From the human T2T-CHM13v2.0 reference genome, Homo sapiens: DNA of 64,000 bases. Position 1 is the first letter of the stretch. Each line of letters begins with the position of its first letter. This document shows positions 58,935 through 64,000 of the stretch, piece by piece. The stretch lies in assembly GCF_009914755.1 (NCBI RefSeq), contig NC_060928.1, one strand, 5' to 3'. A model generated the notes under the pieces. That model saw nothing but the letters and a program-made list of their open reading frames with translations, searched no databases and was not told the DNA's origin. Both the position numbers and the translations under genes were made by a program.

Positions 58935-61255
58935 CTTTCCAATAAGTTGTAGTAGAGAAGAGAAAAAAAACAAAGAAACGTAATAACCAATGCCAGAAAT
59001 TTCTGGTGACTATAGATTTCTTTTTCATTCAATCCATTCTAATTGGTCATAGAATATTTTTATCAAGAAACTTAATCATGACCTGAGTTTGTTTTATATC
59101 AAAGATTAGTAGAAATGACATATTTAGAAAACAAATTTTTATTTATATTTTTCCCTGTAACATACATTGTTTGAATAGGATACATATTCAAAATGTTTTC
59201 TGTTTCTGCACAGTAAAGTCTAAGAAAAGTGCTGGGAAATATATCCACCTTAGAAATCAATAAAAAGATGGATACCTTTTTCAAATGTGTACAATATATT
59301 CTGTCTTGTAAAGTTTTTTAAGACTATGTGAATAAAAAGGAATCATCTACCGGAAACCTTTAGCATAGTGCCAAAGTGCCTGATGTCATAGAAAGCACTT
59401 GAAAAAATTAAAAAATAAATATCTTTCCTCAAAGTTTTTTATTTCTACATTTATCCATATCTGCTTTTTGATGTCAGGAAACTCTCTGCAATTCTCTCAC
59501 TCTGCTTTTTTCTGGTTAATTTTTTTTCCTTACTCTCACACTGAAGTACAAGCAAACATTTGATCTTTGTGATAAACAGTCTCCTTTAATTCTACCCCTA
59601 AGCTCAGAGTTTCATGTTCCTATTCTCTGATGTGAGTTGTCCCTTAATAATGTGTCATAGTAACCATGAATATTTGTGTAATTAGCTTTTTAGAAGGAAC
59701 ACAAAAATCAAAGATGATCTAAAAAATGTGTTTTGTCATGCTTTGTAATGGCTAGAAAATGTTGTTTGGATGGCTGCAAATTGCATGATAAACTTTCAAG
59801 CATTTTTTAATTGTTTAAAAAAAAAACACGTGGCAAGTTTTAACATGTTGTCATTTTTGAACAGGATGTAAATTACATCAGTCACATTAACAAATGACCA
59901 TATGGTCAGGACTTCAGAAGAACCAGACAGGAGCCAAACACCCCCAGGCAGAGTGGCATAAAGGAAATCAGAGTTTGAATCTCAGAGATATTTAATAACT
60001 TCTGTATCTTATTATATGGTAAATTTGACAGACTTGGTAAGACACACTGACTTTCCTACATACTTAAGAAGTGAGTCCAGGCTGATGCATAGATACAGAG
60101 AAATAGCAGAAATTAAGACCAAGTTGAACAAGAAGCAATTGGCACCAGAAAATATGGGTAGGGCCAATACAAATATAGAGTTGGAGAAAGTGTTTGTGGG
60201 TATTGAACATTTTTTGTAGTCTTTGTCCAAGATGGCTGAATAAGAACAGCTCTGGTCTGCAGCACCCAGCGAGATCGACGCAGAAGACTGGTGATTTCTG
60301 CATTTCCAACTGTGGTACCAGGTTCATCTCACTGGGACTGGTTGGATGGTGGCTGTAGCCCACGGAGGGTGAACCGAAGCAGGGCGGGGCGTCACCTCAC
60401 CCGGGAAGTGCAAGGGGTCAAGGGATTTCCCTCTCCTAGCCATGTGAGGCTGTGACAGACTGTACCTGGAAAAATGGGACACTTCCGCCCAAATGCTATG
60501 CTTTTCCCATGGTCTTAGCAACTGGCAGACCAGGAGATACCCTCCCATGCCTGGCTCAGTGGGTCCCATGCCCATGGAGCCTTGCTCACTGTTAGCACAG
60601 CAGTCTGAGATCGACCTGCAAGGCTGATGCTGGGTGTGGGGAGGGGCGTCCACTATTGCTGAGGCTTGAGTAGGTAAACAAAGCAGCCAGGAAGCTCGAA
60701 CTAGGCAAAGCCCAGTGCAGCTCAGCAAGGCCTACTGCCTCTATAGACTCCACTGCTGTGGGCAGGGCATAGCTGAACAAAAGGCAGCAGAAACTTCTGC
60801 AGATTTAAACATCCCTGTCTGACAGCTTGGAAGAGAGCAGTGGTTCTCCCAGTACAGCATTTAAGCTCTGAGAACAGACAGACTGCCTCCTCAAGTGGGT
60901 CACTGACCCCCATGTAGCCTAACTGGGAGACACCTCCCAGTAGGGGCTGACAGACACCTCATACAGGAGGGTGCCCCTCTGGGACAAAGCTTCCAGGGGA
61001 AGAGTCAGGCAACGATATTTGCTGTTCTGTAATATTTGCTGTTCTGCAGCCTCCACTGGTGATACCTGGGCAAACGGGGTCTGCAGTGGACCTCCAGAAA
61101 ACTCCAACAGACCTGCAGCTGAGGGACCTGAATGTTGGAAGGAAAACTAACAAACAGAAAGGAACAGCATCAACATCAACAAAAAGGACATCCACACCAA
61201 AACTCCATCTGTAGGTCACAAACATCAAAGACCAAAGGTAGATAAAACCACAAAG

Positions 61256-62280
61256 ATGGGGAAAAACCAGAGCAGAAAAGTTGAAAATTCAAAAAACCAG
61301 AGCACCTCTTCTCCAAAGGATTGCAGCTCCTCACCAGCAATGGAACAAAGCTGGATGGAGAATGACTTTGATGAGTTGACAGAAGTAGGCTTCAGAAGGT
61401 CGGTAATAACAAACTTCTCTGAGCTAAACGAGCGTGTTCTAACCCATCACAAGGAAGCTAAAAGCCTTGAAAAAAGGTTAGACAAATGGCTAACTAGAAT
61501 AAACAGTGTAAAGAAGACTTTAAATGACCTGATGGAGCTGAAAACCATGGCATGAGAACTTCATGATGCATGCACAAGCTTCAATAGCTGATTCGATAAA
61601 GTGTAAGAAAGCATATCAGTGATTGAAGATCAAATTAATGAAATAAAGTGAGAAGACAAGTTTGGAGGAAAAAAGAGTAAAAAGAAATGAACAAAGCCTC
61701 CAAGAAATATGCAACTTTGTGAAAAGACCAAATCTACATTAGATTGGTATACCTGAAAGTGACAAGGAGAATGGAACCAAGTTAGAAAACACTTTTCAGA
61801 ATATTATCGAGGAGAACTTCCCCAACCTAGCAAGGCAGACCAACATTCAAATTCAGGAAATATAGAGAACACCACAAAGATACTCCTCGAGAAGGGCAAT
61901 TCCAAGACACATAATTGTCAGATTCACCAAGGTTGAAATGAAGGAAAAAATGTTAAGGGCAGCCAGAGAGAAACGTCAGGTTACCCACAAAGGGAAGCCT
62001 ATCAGACTAACAGCGGATCTCTTGGCAGAAACTCTACAAGCCAGAAGAGAGTGGGGACCAATATTCAACATTCTTAAAGAAAAGAATTGTTAACCCAGAA
62101 TTTCACATCCAGCCAAACTAAGTTTCATAAGTGAAGGAGAAATAAAATCCTTTACAGACAAGCAAATGCTGAGAGATTCTGTCACCACCAGGCCTGCCTT
62201 ACAAGAGTTCCTGAAGGAAGCACTAAACATGGAAAGGAACAACCGGTACCAGCCACTGCAAAAACATGCCAATTGGTAAA
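61256..62280 (+). pseudogene. L1 ORF1p, disrupted
   Basis: MGKNQSRK...MENDFDEL.EVGFRRS; premature TGA at 61553-55 and further stops downstream. Confidence 0.92.
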
Positions 62281-62342
62281 GACCATCGATGCTATGAAGA
62301 AACTGCATCAATTAATGGGCAAAATAAACAGCTGACATCATA

Positions 62343-64000
<1,658 letters not shown>

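Noticed and set aside
60016-60219. 67-aa ATG ORF just upstream of the L1
   Set aside because: No recognisable homology or exon structure; length expected by chance.

Overview
AT-rich, repeat-dominated primate (human-like) genomic DNA, intergenic or deep intronic. I recognise no protein-coding host gene, RNA gene or CpG island. The ORFs I could trace are retroelement remnants (L1 ORF1/ORF2/ORF0, ERV pol/env), Alu or low-complexity translations; the rest look like chance ORFs. Content: about a dozen Alus (many with clear target-site duplications, TSDs), layered old L1M and younger L1PA copies (two with 5' inversions, one L1PA with an intact 5' end running off the window), ERVL/ERV1/MaLR LTRs and internal remnants, Tigger and hAT DNA-transposon fossils, MIR/L2 and microsatellites. 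Most notable: (1) an unexplained 130-bp direct repeat 6185 bp apart (43027-43156 and 49212-49341; 6 mismatches, all transitions); (2) a MER41B-like LTR keeping two intact STAT GAS motifs; (3) a decayed provirus joining a class III (ERVL-type) pol to a gamma-type env TM. Repeat subfamily names are recalled from consensus sequences and need RepeatMasker/Dfam confirmation. I found no convincing evidence of a new biological system.
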